Positions 61,698-64,000 of a stretch of DNA of 64,000 bases are shown here, one piece after another. The position numbers and the translations under genes are program-made. Where the stretch lies: assembly GCA_964187785.1 (NCBI GenBank), contig OZ076413.1, forward strand, positions 40,424,001 to 40,488,000. Reading direction: 5' to 3'. The first letter of the stretch is position 1, and every line of letters starts with the position of its first letter. The stretch is from Amphiscolops sp. MND2022. Lineage: Eukaryota. Below the pieces are notes generated by a model. It searched no databases, was not told the origin of the DNA, and was given only the letters and a program-made list of their open reading frames with translations.

Positions 61698-62872
61698 AGA
61701 ACAAAACCAGTTTCTAGAAACTAACATTATGCTGGAGGACGAACAAGAAGGTTTCAGAAGGAAACAAAAAACTGTCTGGATCTATTTACAGTCTATATCT
61801 CATCCTAGAAAACTCTAGAATTACAAAAACACCGATCGTTCACTTTTTGTTGACCGAGAAGAAAAAGTTTTCGACAGTGTATGAATTGATGGCCTAATGT
61901 ATAAACTCAGACATTACCAAGTGGATGGCAAACTATTCTACCCCATACGAACGTTTTTGACGAAGCGAGGCGATCATTCAGTTTTCAGATTTTCTTTTAC
62001 CTGTCTTTGGAATACACATTGGGTGTCCCTCAAAATAGTGTCCTGTTACCACACTTATTTGTAGTTTTTCTGAGCAATTTTTTGAGTGAGGAACTTTTTC
62101 ACTACAAATTCGCCAACGACAGTGCTATTATGATTCAATGCTGTAATGAAAGCCATAACTCTCGGGCCTATCTTCAGGGGAATTGAAAAGTCGAGCAAAA
62201 AATGCAGAATGGGTTTGAATGGCTCCAAGACATAGTTATTCGTATAGAACTTAGAAAGTAACATCTCTGTACCAATCCTGAACAATGAAGCGTGTGCAAT
62301 CAGAAGAGTCACAAAATCACTCAGTCTGTTAGTTGGTGATATGCCGAGATACAAAGATCACGCCAAAAAGTCTGTACCCAAGCTAAACGCAGCTGGGAAT
62401 AATGCTTCTGAGATCTTGAACGACAAGACAATTATCGTTCCACAGCTTTTATCTGCAGCAGCAATATTTTTCGAGAAAAAGTAGAAAAACTGTGCTGAGA
62501 GTACAGAACCATTACATCAAACAATCATACGCACTCCTACCATCAGTCTCACTCCTATCGTCAGAACATGTGAAATCTTGTTGCTAGTATCTCCAAATGA
62601 CCTATACATTGATACCATCGAAGTTAAATTTGTCATCAAAAACGCCAAGGACTTGTTCAGTAATGCACACATTCACTAGATGAATACTCACTAGTGTAAA
62701 GCACACAATAAAAGAAATAAAGATGCACCACTGGAAAGCAACCACTTTAAATTTGGAAAGTTCATTGACGACGAAACTCTGACGGAACAAAGCAAGCAAG
62801 ATAGAAAACGTCAATGAACATAATTCCATTAGGAGTTGGAGCAGCTTCCAGAACAAAGGCCTCATTCAACCA
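61698..62872 (+). pseudogene. LINE reverse transcriptase, continuation
   Basis: FLETNIMLEDEQEGFRR, EKVFDSV*IDGLMYKL, GCPQNSVL (frameshifted) and YKFANDS (degenerate YADD-type) motifs continue the frame broken at 50709. Confidence 0.85.
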
Positions 62873-63072
62873 NNNNNNNNNNNNNNNNNNNNNNNNNNNN
62901 NNNNNNNNNNNNNNNNNNNNNNNNNNNNNNNNNNNNNNNNNNNNNNNNNNNNNNNNNNNNNNNNNNNNNNNNNNNNNNNNNNNNNNNNNNNNNNNNNNNN
63001 NNNNNNNNNNNNNNNNNNNNNNNNNNNNNNNNNNNNNNNNNNNNNNNNNNNNNNNNNNNNNNNNNNNNNNNN
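62873..63072. other. Assembly gap (200 N)
   Basis: Run of exactly 200 N, probably a fixed-size scaffold join. Confidence 0.99.
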
Positions 63073-64000
63073 AGACCACGCTCTCAGAATTGCGTAACCA
63101 GACAGCCTCTGCAGAACCTCCAGTTCCAGGTTCTGTCAAGATGCCAAAAAGGAAGAGACGGGGACACGCTCGAGGTATACCCATGAAGGAGGAATTCTTC
63201 TCCAAAATAGGCTGGACGCGCTCCTTCATTTCTGGACCTGCGGATCCCCTTCACAACCCTTACATGGTGTGGTGCCACATATGTAAGAAAAACATATCCG
63301 TGAAGACCAAGGGTACGCTGGAAATTCTGCGTCATCATCGAATTGAGAAACATCTTAGACGAGATCAAAGATGGCGTTATGAGCACTTGAAGAGCGTCCA
63401 TCCCGTGACAAGTAAAGTACAGCACAGGGTGAGGGGACGCAATGGCAAGATCCTCACCAAGATCGAGCTGGCAAAAAAACTACCAAAGTTCATACATGCC
63501 GAACTGGTCGACATTGGAGAACGTTTCCCTTTCTATGACGACTTCGTGAAAGGAACATCTGCTACACTCGTCACCCCTGAGTCAAGGGCCAAGACGCAGA
63601 TCCACCTCATAGGAGACTTCGTCCAACATCAAGGCGATCTCGGAGTGCTCCGCAAGTTATGGTCCCAAATCGGATCCTTGACTAATTACCAGTCCAGTTA
63701 CTGTGACTTCGATTGGGGAGGAGCCAGAATTTCGGTAGGTTTCATTTAGACTAGTATCTTGACTAAGACGGATACGGATTCTCTTCTCATTTTATATCCC
63801 TTTACATTTTCTTTTCAGACCATCTTCCAATACATTTTCAATTGCTCAATGAGTGAGTTGGGGAACAGATTGCCTCAACTCAGTGTTTTGCCCTTGAATT
63901 CGAGAATGTGGGAATAAACAGGCTCATGTCTGTGAAGTTCTGGAAAGGTGATTCCCTGTGTCGAGTGTTCATCTGCCGAAGTGAGTTTCCATCCACGGAT
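63073..64000 (+). CDS. hAT-transposase-like or domesticated zinc-finger gene fragment with an intron; possibly frameshifted
   Basis: Open frame 63073-63734 contains VWCHICKKNISVKTKGTLEILRHHRIEKH (BED/TTF-like C2H2). Intron 63735-63818 has GTAGGT, a pyrimidine tract and TTTTCAG. Exon 2 needs a frameshift near 63855 to read CFALEFENVGINRLMSVKFWKG. Confidence 0.5.

Noticed and set aside
62762-63229. ORFs spanning the N run (62762..63229, 62814..63749, 62836..63186) as single genes
   Set aside because: They cross a 200-N gap. The left side is a LINE C-terminus and the right side an unrelated zinc-finger gene.

Overview
AT-rich eukaryotic (animal-like) heterochromatin-type window with no intact conventional host gene. 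The repeat families recall acoel flatworm assemblies from memory only; this is unverified. About 19.4-45.9 kb is a tandem satellite of ~57 monomers of ~465-473 bp with local higher-order repeats (dimer, trimers, tetramer). The flanks are nested, decayed retroelements. (1) A Ty3/Gypsy-like family with long LTRs (1.4-1.9 kb, TGT...ACA): a shared LTR plus gag at 0.8-3.5 kb, a rearranged RT/RNaseH/integrase copy with a ~5 kb accessory region at 10.4-18.8 kb, a solo LTR with AAAAC TSD at 48.7-50.2 kb, and an internally deleted two-LTR element at 50.7-61.7 kb inserted into a LINE RT. (2) An internally deleted BEL/Pao element at 5.9-8.6 kb. (3) After a 200-N gap, a hAT-like zinc-finger gene fragment with an intron. 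The most notable observations are a near-perfect 147-bp-arm palindrome inside the gypsy element, the satellite apparently sitting inside a single LTR and carrying CRE sites and a hairpin with a splice donor, gag ORFs that start inside the LTR and read through the PBS in a conserved frame, and uncharacterised sense and antisense accessory ORFs. All alignments, counts and identities were done by eye.
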